Shown one piece after another: positions 48,401 through 58,802 of a stretch of DNA of 64,000 bases. The stretch is from Candidatus Aminicenantes bacterium (lineage in GTDB: Bacteria > Acidobacteriota > Aminicenantia > Aminicenantales > JAFGBC01): positions 3,584,001 to 3,648,000 of the forward strand of contig OY969696.1 of NCBI GenBank assembly GCA_963702005.1, read 5' to 3'. The position numbers were made by a program, and so were the translations under genes. Under the pieces are notes generated by a model. The model searched no databases, had not been told where the DNA came from, and worked only from the letters and a program-made list of their open reading frames with translations. Within the stretch, counting starts at the first letter, position 1; each line of letters begins with the position of its first letter.

Positions 48401-48687
48401 CCGATCCCACCGCAAAAGCCCCGAACCCGGTTCTCCAGAAAGCGGCCGATTTCCTGATCGGCTTCGGTCTCATCATCAAAGGCTGCGACAAGCTGGAGCA
48501 TTTCGACCGCTCCCCCCTGCTGGTCGGATTCCTGTTCCTGGCCGCGGCGGCGGCGACATTTGTCCTTAATGCCATCTTCGTCCATATCATTTGGATGAAC
48601 ACAACGGCGGCCGCATTGGCCGTCGGCGGGATCATCATCTTTCTGACTGGTAAAGACGCCGCAGGGCAGCGCGATTCCAAAAGATAG
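48397..48687 (+). CDS. Small membrane protein
   Basis: ATGA overlap start and three hydrophobic segments. Confidence 0.5.
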   Translation: MTDPTAKAPNPVLQKAADFLIGFGLIIKGCDKLEHFDRSPLLVGFLFLAAAAATFVLNAIFVHIIWMNTTAAALAVGGIIIFLTGKDAAGQRDSKR

Positions 48688-48834
48688 CTACGTGCCTTCG
48701 AGCCATCCTGCCCCGAGCCCTTCCGAGGAAGACGGGAGTCTCGGGTGATCTTGATCGGAACGGGGAGCGAGGACCGCTTTCAAAACCCTTCTATCACATC
48801 ATCTTAGAAGAGATTTACGGTGGGATCCCGGTGA

Positions 48835-48863
48835 TTGACAGGCACCGGGCCTTTCGCTATAAA
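48835..48863 (+). promoter_or_regulatory. Sigma70 promoter of the CBS gene
   Basis: TTGACA, 17-nt spacer, TATAAA. Confidence 0.7.
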
Positions 48864-48955
48864 TAAGGGTGTGCGCACCGTCCGTCCCGGACGGGGCAGA
48901 ATTGACCCGGACGGGACGGACGGTGCGGCACAGGTTTGGGAAGGAGAGTCTCACC

Positions 48956-49393
48956 ATGATGACCGTCAAGGAAATACTCGACGCCAAAGGGAGCGCTGTC
49001 TGGACGATCGCGCCGAACGCCAAAGTCATCGACGCCCTCAAGCTCATGGACGACAAGGGCATCGGCGCCCTGGTCGTCGTCGAGAGAAACCGCGTTATCG
49101 GCGTCATCTCCGAGCGCGATTACGCCCGTAAGGTCGTCCTCGAGGGCAAGACCTCCAAGGACACCCCGGTCAAGGACATCATGACCTCGCCCGTCTACGG
49201 CGTCCGCCTGGAGACTACGGCCGAGGAATGCATGGCCCTGATGACGGGTAAGCACATCCGCCACCTCCCCGTCTGCGAAAACGAAAAGCTCCTCGGCGTC
49301 GTCTCGATCGGCGACGTCGTCAAGTCCATCATGACCGAGCAGAAGGTCACGATCGAGAATCTCCAGAATTACATCATGGGCAAGTACGTCTGA
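48956..49393 (+). CDS. CBS domain pair protein
   Basis: GVISERDYARK, HIRHLPV and GVVSIGDVVK motifs; AAGGAGA RBS. Confidence 0.9.
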   Translation: MMTVKEILDAKGSAVWTIAPNAKVIDALKLMDDKGIGALVVVERNRVIGVISERDYARKVVLEGKTSKDTPVKDIMTSPVYGVRLETTAEECMALMTGKHIRHLPVCENEKLLGVVSIGDVVKSIMTEQKVTIENLQNYIMGKYV

Positions 49394-49546
49394 GCCGCTT
49401 CCGGCCGCCCCGATAAAACGCCGCCCGTCCGGCCGGAGATATTCCCGCTCCCAATCCGCAATCCCTGGATCGCGGACTCCTCGACAAGCGCGAAGCCGAG
49501 GCCGGCTTCCCGAAAACGAAGGCTTAGTCCTCGCTCAAGAAATCTA

Positions 49547-49600
49547 TTGACAAAGGGGAAGTTTCGCTTATTATTAAACTGTGAAAACTGATAGAGTTTT
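49547..49600 (+). promoter_or_regulatory. Promoter and palindromic TetR operator
   Basis: TTGACA (49547-49552), TATTAT (49569-49574), and an AAAACT-N5-AGTTTT palindrome (49584-49600). Confidence 0.6.
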
Positions 49601-50267
49601 TCCAGTTTCCAGAAAAACCGAACCCCCGGACGGCTCGCTCAAGGCCCGGATCGTCGAGGCGGCCCGGGACCTTTTCATAAAATTCGGGTTCGTCCGGGTC
49701 AGGGCCGACGACATCGCCGCCAAGCTGGGGATCTCCAAAGCGACCCTCTACAAGGAGTTCGCCAGCAAGGAGGAGATCCTTCGGGCTGTCGTCGGCCGGA
49801 CTGTCGCCACGATGGCCGCCGCCATCGAGGCCGTCGTCCGCGATGAGTCCCGGGACTTTATTGAGAAGACGATCGGACTGATGGGCTTCGTGAAATCCGC
49901 CATCACCCTGATGGGGGGACCGCTCGGACAGGATATCGAAAAGTACGCACCCGAAATCTGGAAAGAGATCGACGAGTTCCGACGGAAGATGATCCTGGCC
50001 AACTTCAAGATCCTGATCGAGGCCGGTGTCCGGGAGGGCGTTCTCCGCGAGGACACCGACCGGGATATCGTCGTCCTGCTCTGGGTCACCCTGGTCCAGA
50101 GCCTGCTGAGGCCCGAAATGGTCCTCCGGCTCCCCACCTCGGCCGACACCGTTTTCGAGATCATGATTAAAATCATCTTCGAAGGCCTGCTCACGGACAA
50201 AGGCCGTCGGACATACGCCGCTAAAAAAGGGACGCTCGTCGCCCCGAAGAAGGAGATCCTGCCATGA
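49581..50267 (+). CDS. TetR/AcrR family regulator
   Basis: IAAKLGISKATLYKEFASKEEI HTH. Confidence 0.9.
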   Translation: MKTDRVFPVSRKTEPPDGSLKARIVEAARDLFIKFGFVRVRADDIAAKLGISKATLYKEFASKEEILRAVVGRTVATMAAAIEAVVRDESRDFIEKTIGLMGFVKSAITLMGGPLGQDIEKYAPEIWKEIDEFRRKMILANFKILIEAGVREGVLREDTDRDIVVLLWVTLVQSLLRPEMVLRLPTSADTVFEIMIKIIFEGLLTDKGRRTYAAKKGTLVAPKKEILP

Positions 50268-51289
50268 CACGAATCCCCCGCCGCCTTTCCATCCCCCTCT
50301 CGATCGGGCTCATCGGCTCGGCCCTCGCCCTGGCGACCGCCTGCCGCAGGAGCGGCGACCCGAACGTCATCAGCGCGACCGGGACGATCGAGGCCGTCGA
50401 GGTCCGGATCGCCTCCAAGCTCCTCGGCGAAGTCAAGGACATCCTCGTCGATGAGGGCGCCCGGGTCAAACGCGGCGACGTCCTGGCCGTGGTCGATCAG
50501 ACCAGCCTCGACTTCCAGCTCAAGCAGGCCGAATCGGCGGTCGACCTCGCCCAGGCCCAGACCGACCTCATCCGCAAGGGCTCCCGCGCCGAGGACATCC
50601 GGCAGGCCGAGGAGGCCCTCAAGCAGGCCGAGACCGGCCTCGAGGTCGCCCGCAAAGACGCCGAAAGGGCTCGAGACCTCGCCCTCAAAGGAAGCGCCAC
50701 GGCCAAACAGAAGGACGATGCCGAGGCCCGCTTGGCCGTCGCCGAGGCCCAGCGCAGCCAGGCAGCCGAGCTCCTGAAAAAAGTCCGGACGATCACCCGG
50801 CCCGAGGACATACGCTCGGCCGAGGCCCGCCTCAGCCAGGTCCGCGCCGCCGCAGACCTCCTCCGCAGGACCATCGTCGACTGCACGGTCACGGCTCCCG
50901 CCGACGGCGTCATCACCCAGCGCTTGGCCCAACCGGGCGAATTTGTCATACCCGGGGCCGGGCTCCTCATCCTGAGCCGGCTCGACACGGTCTATGTCAT
51001 GATCTACGTGACCGAGAAAGAGCTGGGAAGGGTGCGGCTCGGCGACGCCGCCGAAATCCGGATCGATTCCTTCCCGGACCGGCCCTTCCCCGGCAAAGTC
51101 ACCTACATTTCGCCCGAGGCCGAGTTCACTCCTAAAAATATCCAAACTAAGGAGGATCGGGTCAAGCTCGTGTTCGGGGTCAAGGTCGAGATTCCCAATC
51201 CCGACGGCCTCCTCAAGCCGGGGCTCCCGGCCGACGCCGTCATCCGGGTCCGACCCGACCTCCCTCCCGCCCCGGGAGGCGCCCGATGA
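50264..51289 (+). CDS. HlyD family membrane fusion protein (YbhG-like)
   Basis: Lipoyl halves, coiled coil, AEFTPKNIQT and LKPG motifs. Confidence 0.88.
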   Translation: MTRIPRRLSIPLSIGLIGSALALATACRRSGDPNVISATGTIEAVEVRIASKLLGEVKDILVDEGARVKRGDVLAVVDQTSLDFQLKQAESAVDLAQAQTDLIRKGSRAEDIRQAEEALKQAETGLEVARKDAERARDLALKGSATAKQKDDAEARLAVAEAQRSQAAELLKKVRTITRPEDIRSAEARLSQVRAAADLLRRTIVDCTVTAPADGVITQRLAQPGEFVIPGAGLLILSRLDTVYVMIYVTEKELGRVRLGDAAEIRIDSFPDRPFPGKVTYISPEAEFTPKNIQTKEDRVKLVFGVKVEIPNPDGLLKPGLPADAVIRVRPDLPPAPGGAR

Positions 51290-52245
51290 CGGAGACCGGC
51301 CCCGCGATCGAGACGCGCGGTCTGACCCGGCTCTTCGGATCCGTCCGGGCCGTGGACGGCCTCGACCTTCGCGTCGAGCGGGGCGAGATGTTCAGCCTGG
51401 TCGGCCCCGACGGCGCGGGCAAGACGACGGCCATCCGGATGCTGTGCGGGATCCTCAAGCCCAGCGCCGGGAACGCCACCGTCCTGGGCTATGACCTGTC
51501 CCGGGAGGCGGAGATCCTGAAGAGCCGCATCGGCTACCTCTCCCAACGTTTCAGCCTCTACGGGGATCTGACGGTCGACGAGAACATCGAGTTCTTCGCC
51601 GAGATCCATGGTGTCCGGGATTACCGTGAGCGCCGCGAGGAGTTGCTCGAGTTCACCCGGCTCACCCCTTTCCGGGTTCGCCTGGCCGAGCGCCTCTCGG
51701 GCGGGATGAGACAAAAGCTGGCCCTGGCCTGCACGCTCATTCATACGCCATCCCTCCTCCTTCTCGACGAGCCGACGACGGGGGTCGATCCCGTCTCGCG
51801 GCGGGAATTCTGGAAGATTCTGTCGAGCCTGCTCAAGACCGGGATGACCATCCTCCTGACCACCCCTTACCTGGACGAAGCCGAACGGTCATCCCGGGTC
51901 GGTCTCATGAGCGAAGGGAGGATTCGAGCCGCCGGAACGCCCCGGGAGATCCAAGGCCTCATGAAAGGGACCATCATCGAAGTCGTGAGCTCCGACGTCC
52001 GGAAGGCTTTCCATGCCCTCCAGCCCCTCAAAGGGCCCAACGAAGTCCAGATGTTCGGGGACCGGCTCAACATCGTCGTCGATGACGCGGCTCGCGAGGC
52101 GCCGGCCCTGACGGCCGCCCTTAAGCGGCAGGGCGTGGAGGTCCTCCACTGGCAGGAAGTCCCGCCCTCCCTGGAAAATGTTTTTATCATGCTGACTCAA
52201 TCGCCATCGACGGAGGCCCGCCATGATCAAGTTCGGACGTCCTAA
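51286..52245 (+). CDS. ABC transporter ATP-binding subunit
   Basis: GPDGAGKT, LSGGM and LLDEPTTGVD motifs. Confidence 0.92.
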   Translation: MTETGPAIETRGLTRLFGSVRAVDGLDLRVERGEMFSLVGPDGAGKTTAIRMLCGILKPSAGNATVLGYDLSREAEILKSRIGYLSQRFSLYGDLTVDENIEFFAEIHGVRDYRERREELLEFTRLTPFRVRLAERLSGGMRQKLALACTLIHTPSLLLLDEPTTGVDPVSRREFWKILSSLLKTGMTILLTTPYLDEAERSSRVGLMSEGRIRAAGTPREIQGLMKGTIIEVVSSDVRKAFHALQPLKGPNEVQMFGDRLNIVVDDAAREAPALTAALKRQGVEVLHWQEVPPSLENVFIMLTQSPSTEARHDQVRTS

Positions 52246-53611
52246 AAAAACAGCTTGGGCGCTGATTGTCCTCGGGTTTATCGCGGCCGCCGCGGCGCCG
52301 GTAAGCGCCGCGCCCACCGACGCCGAGAGGACCCTGACGCTGGATGAATGCATCGGCTTAGCCCTCGAGAATTCCAAGGCCCTCCATGCCTCTTCCCTCA
52401 GGGTCGAATCGGCCGAGGCCAAGGTCAAGGAAATCAACGCGGCCCGCCTCCCCTCTTTACGGCTCGGCGCGAGCTACACCCGGTTGAGCGAGATCCCGCC
52501 GTTCGAGATCACGCTCCCCGCTTTTCTATTTCCGAAGCCGATGAAGTTCGAAGTCTCGCCCGTCTTTCTCGACAACTACAACCTCAGGCTCTCCTTCGTC
52601 CAACCGCTGTTCACGGGGTTCAGGCTCAAGAGCGGCGAGGAGGCCGCCCGCTGGGGCGCCCGGGCCAGCGAGGAGGATTACGGGCGCGACCGGACCGAGC
52701 TTGTCTTCGCCGTCAAGAGCGCCTACTGGAATCTGTTCAAGGCCCGGGCGGTGGCCGGCATCGTCGCCGAGAACGTGGACCAGATCCGGCGACACCTCCA
52801 GGACGTCGAGAACCTCCTCGGGAACGGGCTCCTGACCCGGAACGAAGTCCTTCGGGTCAAGGTCCAGCTCTCCCAGGTCGAGATGCTGCGCGTTGAAACG
52901 GACGACGCCGTCGAGCTTGCCTCGCTCTGGCTCAAGAACGTCATCGGGCTTCCCCTCGAGGAGGAGATCACGATCCCGGCCGAAGCGGGGGAGACCGGGC
53001 TTTCGACGCCGACGCCCGCCGGTCCGACAACTTGCGACGAATGGGTCGCCAGGGCCCTCGAAAACCGGCCCGAGCTCAAGGCCATGGATTATCGGGTCCG
53101 GGCCGCCGAATCGGGCCTGGCCGTCGCCCGCTCTTCCTGGTATCCCCAAGTCTTCTTCGCCGGGAACTACACCTTCGCGCGTCCCAACCCGCGGATTCTC
53201 CCCTCGAAGGACCGTTTCTACGATACCTGGGACTTCTCCATCTCCGTCTCCATGGATCTCTGGAATTGGGGCGTGACCTCCTACCAAACCGCCCAGGCCA
53301 AAGCCCAGATCGCCCAGGCTCAGGACGGCCTGAGTCAGGTCCGCGACGGCGTCATCATCGAGGTCCGGAGCGGTTGGCTGGCCCTCGAGACGGCCGGACG
53401 TAAAACTGCGGTCGCCGCCGAGGCCATCCTCCAGGCCGATGAGAACCTCCGCGTGACCCTGGACCGCTTCAAAGACGGCGTCGCCCTGAACGCGGATGTC
53501 CTGGACGCCAAGGTCGCCCTCCTCCAGGCCAAGACGGCCCAGGCTCAGGCCCAAGCCGACCGGGCCGTCGCCCTGGCCCGGCTGGCCAAGGCGGCCGGCG
53601 AGGCGCGCTGA
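52223..53611 (+). CDS. TolC family outer membrane efflux protein
   Basis: Signal peptide and two OEP repeats. Confidence 0.88.
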   Translation: MIKFGRPKKTAWALIVLGFIAAAAAPVSAAPTDAERTLTLDECIGLALENSKALHASSLRVESAEAKVKEINAARLPSLRLGASYTRLSEIPPFEITLPAFLFPKPMKFEVSPVFLDNYNLRLSFVQPLFTGFRLKSGEEAARWGARASEEDYGRDRTELVFAVKSAYWNLFKARAVAGIVAENVDQIRRHLQDVENLLGNGLLTRNEVLRVKVQLSQVEMLRVETDDAVELASLWLKNVIGLPLEEEITIPAEAGETGLSTPTPAGPTTCDEWVARALENRPELKAMDYRVRAAESGLAVARSSWYPQVFFAGNYTFARPNPRILPSKDRFYDTWDFSISVSMDLWNWGVTSYQTAQAKAQIAQAQDGLSQVRDGVIIEVRSGWLALETAGRKTAVAAEAILQADENLRVTLDRFKDGVALNADVLDAKVALLQAKTAQAQAQADRAVALARLAKAAGEAR

Positions 53612-53630
53612 CGGGATAGAAACGAAAACC

Positions 53631-54578
53631 ATGGCCGAGCCGACCATCGACGTCAGGGAGTTAACCAAAACCTTCGGTTCTTTCACGGCCGTGGACCGGG
53701 TCAGCTTCACGGTCGGCCGCGGCGAGATCTTCGGATTTCTGGGCGCTAACGGCGCCGGGAAGTCGACGACGATCCGGATGCTCTGCGGCCTGCTCAGCCC
53801 GACCTCGGGGACGGCCCGGGTCGGCGGCCACGACATCCGGACCGAGCCCGAGGACGTCAAGCGCCGGATCGGCTACATGTCCCAGAAGTTCTCCCTCTAC
53901 GACGACCTGACCGTGGAGGAGAATATCGTATTCTTCGGCGGCGTCTACGGCCTGACCAGGGACAGGATCCGCCAGCGGATGGCCTGGTTCCTCGACCTGG
54001 CCGGCCTGCGCGGCCTGGAGAGAAGCTTGGCCCGCGAGCTCTCGGCCGGCTGGAAGCAGCGTCTGGCCCTCGGCTGCGCCATCCTTCACGAGCCGGAGAT
54101 CGTCTTCCTCGACGAGCCGACCGGCGGAGTGGATCCCATCATGAGGCGGCGTTTCTGGGAGCTTATCAACAGCCTCTCGGAGGGGGGCGTAACCGTTTTC
54201 GTCACGACCCACTACCTCGACGAGGCCGAGTACTGCAACACGATCCGCCTCATCCACGACGGACGGATCATCGCCGGCGGGAGTCCGCGCGAGCTCAAGA
54301 CAACCGTTTTCGGCCAGTCCATCTTCGCGGTCGAGGCCGACAACGTCATCGAGGCTCTGGAAGCGCTCCAGGCCGATCCGGGCGTGCTGGAAACGTCGGT
54401 CTTCGGCGTTTCCCTCCACGTCAGCCTCAAGGAGGCCCGGGAGGGCGAGGCGCGGCTGCGCCGGATACTGGCCGGCCGGGGCCTTCGAGTCCGCCGGATC
54501 GCCCGGATCACGCCCTCGCTCGAGGATGTCTTCATCCATAAAGTCGAGGAAGAGCGCAAGAAAGGGGCGCGGCCATGA
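53631..54578 (+). CDS. ABC transporter ATP-binding subunit
   Basis: GANGAGKS, LSAGW and FLDEPTGGVD motifs. Confidence 0.92.
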   Translation: MAEPTIDVRELTKTFGSFTAVDRVSFTVGRGEIFGFLGANGAGKSTTIRMLCGLLSPTSGTARVGGHDIRTEPEDVKRRIGYMSQKFSLYDDLTVEENIVFFGGVYGLTRDRIRQRMAWFLDLAGLRGLERSLARELSAGWKQRLALGCAILHEPEIVFLDEPTGGVDPIMRRRFWELINSLSEGGVTVFVTTHYLDEAEYCNTIRLIHDGRIIAGGSPRELKTTVFGQSIFAVEADNVIEALEALQADPGVLETSVFGVSLHVSLKEAREGEARLRRILAGRGLRVRRIARITPSLEDVFIHKVEEERKKGARP

Positions 54579-55714
54579 GCATGATCCGGGACCGGATCCG
54601 GCCCGTCGTCAGGAAGGAGCTGCGGCAGATCCGGCGCGACCCGCGGACGCTCGTCCTCCTCCTGGCCATGCCCATCTTTCTCCTCATCATGTACGGCTAC
54701 GCCCTCAACTTCGACGTCAAGCACATCAAACTCGCCCTCTGCGACCAGGACCGGAGCCGGTCGAGCCGCGAATTCGCCGGGATCTTTCTCCACACGGAAT
54801 ATTTCGACCTGGTCAAGACGATCCCCGACCCGGCCTTGATCGACGCCCTCATCGACCGCGGCCTAGCCAAGGCCGGACTGGTCATCCCGCACGGATTCGG
54901 GGCGGACATCGCGGCCGGCCGCTCGCCGGCCGTCCAGGTTCTTCTGGACGGCTCCGACCCGACCAGCGGCGCCACGGCCGTCGGCTATATCAACACGATC
55001 GCCCTGACCTATTCCATCAAGCTCGTCACGGTCCGCCTCGATCGTTTCGGGATCTCCGGGACGCAGCCGCCCCTCGACCTCCGGCCCCGAGTTTGGTACA
55101 ACCCCGAGCTGCGGAGCGTCCGCTTCCTGATCTCGGGGCTGATCGCCTTCATCCTGATGACGGTCGTCGTCGTCTCGACGGCCTTCTCCGTCGTCCGTGA
55201 GAAGGAGCGGGGGACGATGGAGCAGATCCTCGTCTCGCCCCTGCGTCCTCTGGACCTCATCGCCGGGAAGACCATTCCCTACATCTTCATCTCGCTTGTC
55301 TCGAGCCACGCCGTTTTATTGGTGGCCGCCCTCCTGTTCGAAGTGACGATCAAGGGGAGCTACTTATGGCTCCTGGCCGTCATGCTCCTGTTCCTGGTCG
55401 GAGGCCTGGGGCTGGGGATCCTGATTTCGACGGTGGCCCGGACTCAGCAGGTCGCCTTCATGATGGCCATTTTGATGACACTTCTCCCGACCTTCATCCT
55501 GTCCGGGTTCGTCTTCCCGATCCGGAACATGCCGGCGGCCGTCCAGGTCGTGACCTACTTCGTCCCGGCCCGCTACTTCCTGAGCGCCCTGCGGGCCGTC
55601 CTCCTCAAGGGGGCCGGGCTCAAAGCCTTCTGGGACCAGCTCCTCTTCCTGTTCGGGTTCGCGGCCCTGATGATCGGAGCCAGCGCGGTGCGGCTCCGCA
55701 GGGGGGAGGGATAA
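54575..55714 (+). CDS. ABC-2 permease (YbhS-like)
   Basis: KELRQIRRD, WYNP, REKERGTMEQ and LSGFVFP motifs. Confidence 0.9.
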   Translation: MSMIRDRIRPVVRKELRQIRRDPRTLVLLLAMPIFLLIMYGYALNFDVKHIKLALCDQDRSRSSREFAGIFLHTEYFDLVKTIPDPALIDALIDRGLAKAGLVIPHGFGADIAAGRSPAVQVLLDGSDPTSGATAVGYINTIALTYSIKLVTVRLDRFGISGTQPPLDLRPRVWYNPELRSVRFLISGLIAFILMTVVVVSTAFSVVREKERGTMEQILVSPLRPLDLIAGKTIPYIFISLVSSHAVLLVAALLFEVTIKGSYLWLLAVMLLFLVGGLGLGILISTVARTQQVAFMMAILMTLLPTFILSGFVFPIRNMPAAVQVVTYFVPARYFLSALRAVLLKGAGLKAFWDQLLFLFGFAALMIGASAVRLRRGEG

Positions 55715-55723
55715 AGGGATCCC

Positions 55724-56851
55724 ATGACGGTCGGATCCATCATTCGCAAGGAGTTCGCCCAGGCCCGGAGGGACCGCCGGATGGTCTTCATCATGTTCGC
55801 GGCGCCCGTCTTCCAGCTGCTTCTGTTCGGATACGCAGCCAACCTCGACGTCCGCGACATCCCGATCGCCGTCTGCGACCTCGACCGGAGCCCGGCCAGC
55901 CGCGAGATCCTGGCCTCGTTCACGAACTCGGGCTATTTCACGGTCTCGGCCCGGGCCGAACGGCTCGAGGAGATCGACGGGCTCATCGACAACGGCCGGG
56001 CCGCCCTGGCGATGATCTTCCGGCGCGGGTTCGGATCCGATGTCCGGGCCGGCCGGCCGGCCTCCATCCAGTTGATCGTCGACGGAACCGAAAGCCGGTC
56101 GGCCCTGATCGGCCTCAACTACGCCGCCATGATTACGGGCCGGGCCAGCCAGCGCCTCCTCCTCGAAACGATCGGCCGCCGCCTCCCGGCCGGGGCTTTC
56201 GAGCCGGGCCTGGTCGAGCCCGCCTTCCGCGTTTGGTACAACCCCGAGCTCCGCAGCCGCTCCTTCATGGTCCCCGGCGTCCTGGCCCTGATCCTCCTGA
56301 TGATGACGATGATGTTGACGTCAATGGCGATCGTCCGCGAGAAGGAGACGGGGACCCTCGAGCAGCTCATCGTGACCCCGATCCGGCCCTGGGAGCTCAT
56401 CCTGGGCAAGCTTCTGCCCTTCGTCCTGGTCGGCCTCGCCGACGTCACCCTCATCTTGGGCGTGGCTAGATTCTGGTTCCGGGTGCCGCTCCGGGGGAGC
56501 GTCCCGCTCCTCTACGGACTCAGCCTCATCTTCATGCTGAGCACGCTCGGCCTGGGACTTCTCATCTCGACCGTCTCCCGCAACCAGCAACAGGCCATGA
56601 TGACTTCAGCCTTCACCATGATGCCCATGTTCCTTCTGTCCGGGTTCGCTTTCCCGATCGAGAACATGCCCCAGATCATCCAGGCCGTGACCTACCTCAT
56701 TCCACTCCGCTACTACTTCGTCGTCATCCGGGGCATTTTTCTCAAGGGCGTCGGGCTGGCCGCCCTCTGGGATGAGGCCCTGGCCATGCTCGGACTGGGA
56801 GCGGCGCTTTTGGCGCTGAGTGTAGTCCGCTTCCGGAAGAAGATCGAGTGA
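55724..56851 (+). CDS. ABC-2 permease (YbhR-like)
   Basis: WYNP, REKETGTLEQ and LSGFAFPIENMP motifs. Confidence 0.9.
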   Translation: MTVGSIIRKEFAQARRDRRMVFIMFAAPVFQLLLFGYAANLDVRDIPIAVCDLDRSPASREILASFTNSGYFTVSARAERLEEIDGLIDNGRAALAMIFRRGFGSDVRAGRPASIQLIVDGTESRSALIGLNYAAMITGRASQRLLLETIGRRLPAGAFEPGLVEPAFRVWYNPELRSRSFMVPGVLALILLMMTMMLTSMAIVREKETGTLEQLIVTPIRPWELILGKLLPFVLVGLADVTLILGVARFWFRVPLRGSVPLLYGLSLIFMLSTLGLGLLISTVSRNQQQAMMTSAFTMMPMFLLSGFAFPIENMPQIIQAVTYLIPLRYYFVVIRGIFLKGVGLAALWDEALAMLGLGAALLALSVVRFRKKIE

Positions 56852-56858
56852 GCGCCGG

Positions 56859-58310
56859 CTAATAAGCGAATTTACTGAAATAGCTCCAGCGGGGATAGTC
56901 GCCGGCATAGAACCAGATCGTGTTGACAACGGCCAGCGAGCCGGAAGAGAAGGCCCTGATCAAGGGCTCGAGAACAAACGCCTCCTTCTCGAACGTGAAG
57001 CTCTGAGCCTTGAGCGCGACGGCTCCAGTCAGGGCATTGATGGAATAAAAACAGTACTGCTGCTCATATCGGTTGGAGTCGCCATCTTTCCGGCCGTTTG
57101 CGCCGTTTTTCCTGTCGTAGATGGAATGAGCCCGAGAGGTATACAGAGTCCCGCCCCTGGCCGCCAGAGGAGACCAAATATCATCCGGATACTCAATTTC
57201 GGCGTCCGGGTCGTAGACGAGCTTATGGGTCAAAACCGGCACGGATATTTTTTGGCTATTGAGAAGAGTCCCCGCCCCGCCGATCCTATTCAGGCTGAAG
57301 CTGTAGCTAAACATATCCAGTTTCCGCTTGGCTTCGGGCACGTACTTCTGCTTCTTTAGGAAGAGGATTTGGTCGGCCGCCGTATCCGGATAGGGTGTCA
57401 GCCACATATCGCCGTAGGGCTCCCAGCCGGGCGTCATGTCGGACGCAATTCCGTGGGCAACGGCCTTGTGAGCCGCATCCGAGCCCACCGTATAAACGAA
57501 GGCTTTTTTCCCATAAATATCCTCCTCCCCTCCGGGGCTCTTCATGAGGACCGCGGCGACGGGGACGAGCCAGCACAGCCCGTTCCAGGCCGGAGCATAG
57601 CCTTGGGCATCCAGATAATCACCGCCCTGGGGAAGCTGCAGCAGGACGGGCGTTCCGACAAGGTCACCCTGCTGGCTGCCGATCTCCAGGAAATAAACCA
57701 GGGATTTTCTTTGGCCTTGATTGTAGTTATAGGACAAGGTGGAAACGACGGCGACGGAATTCCCCCGGCTTAAAGCGAAAATATTTTCGCTGCCGATATA
57801 GCGGCCGGCGGGACTTTTGACCTTGAGGAGTTCCTTCCAGTCCCCCACGACCTTTCCCTGGGAATCGAACTTTGCCATCCAGACACTGGCCGTCTCCGAC
57901 TTGGGATTGGAAATGTAGACTTCGAAAAGGACGAAGACGTAGCCGAAGGGGGTACCGGCGTCGACGCCGGCCAGGCCACCCTCGAACCAGACGCAGGCCG
58001 CCTCATAAGGTCTCCCCTTCCCGGTGGCGATGGTCTGAGGAGGAGAAACGGCGCCGGTATTGGACATCTTGAAACTGACCAAGCTGTAATTATAGGTGCC
58101 CTTGCCCTGGTTCCCGGCAAAGGCGACGGCCGAAGTCTGGGACACCGGCACCCAGTCAAAGACGCCTTTGAAAACGCCAAATCCCCCGGTGCTGAGCTTC
58201 TTCAGGGGATAGGCAGGGACGCCGTCCGGACCGGCAGACGCCGCCGCTCCGGCTAAGAGAATTCCCGCACAAACAAGCCATAGACCGACCCCTTTCCATC
58301 GTCCGTTCAT
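56859..58310 (-). CDS. Secreted hypothetical beta-rich protein
   Basis: 483-aa ORF with signal peptide and GGAGG RBS; no recognised motif. Confidence 0.65.
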   Translation of the reverse strand: MNGRWKGVGLWLVCAGILLAGAAASAGPDGVPAYPLKKLSTGGFGVFKGVFDWVPVSQTSAVAFAGNQGKGTYNYSLVSFKMSNTGAVSPPQTIATGKGRPYEAACVWFEGGLAGVDAGTPFGYVFVLFEVYISNPKSETASVWMAKFDSQGKVVGDWKELLKVKSPAGRYIGSENIFALSRGNSVAVVSTLSYNYNQGQRKSLVYFLEIGSQQGDLVGTPVLLQLPQGGDYLDAQGYAPAWNGLCWLVPVAAVLMKSPGGEEDIYGKKAFVYTVGSDAAHKAVAHGIASDMTPGWEPYGDMWLTPYPDTAADQILFLKKQKYVPEAKRKLDMFSYSFSLNRIGGAGTLLNSQKISVPVLTHKLVYDPDAEIEYPDDIWSPLAARGGTLYTSRAHSIYDRKNGANGRKDGDSNRYEQQYCFYSINALTGAVALKAQSFTFEKEAFVLEPLIRAFSSGSLAVVNTIWFYAGDYPRWSYFSKFAY

Positions 58311-58319
58311 GCCCGCCTC

Positions 58320-58790
58320 CTATTTTTTCCGATTTTTCTTAGCGCGTCCAAAATCGATATCGTCCGGGAGCTCATTGACGTCCGTCGCCGCGTCGTAGGG
58401 GAAGTGGGCCTTGAGCTTGTCCCCGGCCGACTTGATCGCGGCGACCAGGCCCTCCGTGAATTCCCTTTTCCTGAAGCTCCCGGAGAGGACCGCGGCCAGC
58501 CCGTCCCAAAACTCCTGGCCGACCTTGGCGTGAATGCCCTCGTCGCCCAAGACGGCGAACGTCCGGCGCGAAGGCACGATGAAGAACAGAATGCCGTTCC
58601 GGGCCTTGGTCTTGGTCATCCCCATCCGGACGAAGGCTTTCTCGGCGACTTTTCGGACCGATCCCCAGAAAAAGGGCGCGACCGAAACCCGGATTTCCCC
58701 CGACGTTTCGTGTTCGGCTTCCCGGATCGCTTCGCGAACCCCATCGACGTCGATGAGCTTTCTAAGTCTACGCCGTGTCATGCCTATCAT
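58320..58790 (-). CDS. TPM domain protein
   Basis: AEHETSGEIRV, GDEGIH and NELPD motifs. Confidence 0.85.
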   Translation of the reverse strand: MIGMTRRRLRKLIDVDGVREAIREAEHETSGEIRVSVAPFFWGSVRKVAEKAFVRMGMTKTKARNGILFFIVPSRRTFAVLGDEGIHAKVGQEFWDGLAAVLSGSFRKREFTEGLVAAIKSAGDKLKAHFPYDAATDVNELPDDIDFGRAKKNRKK

Positions 58791-58802
58791 CGCCGCCCTC
58801 CC

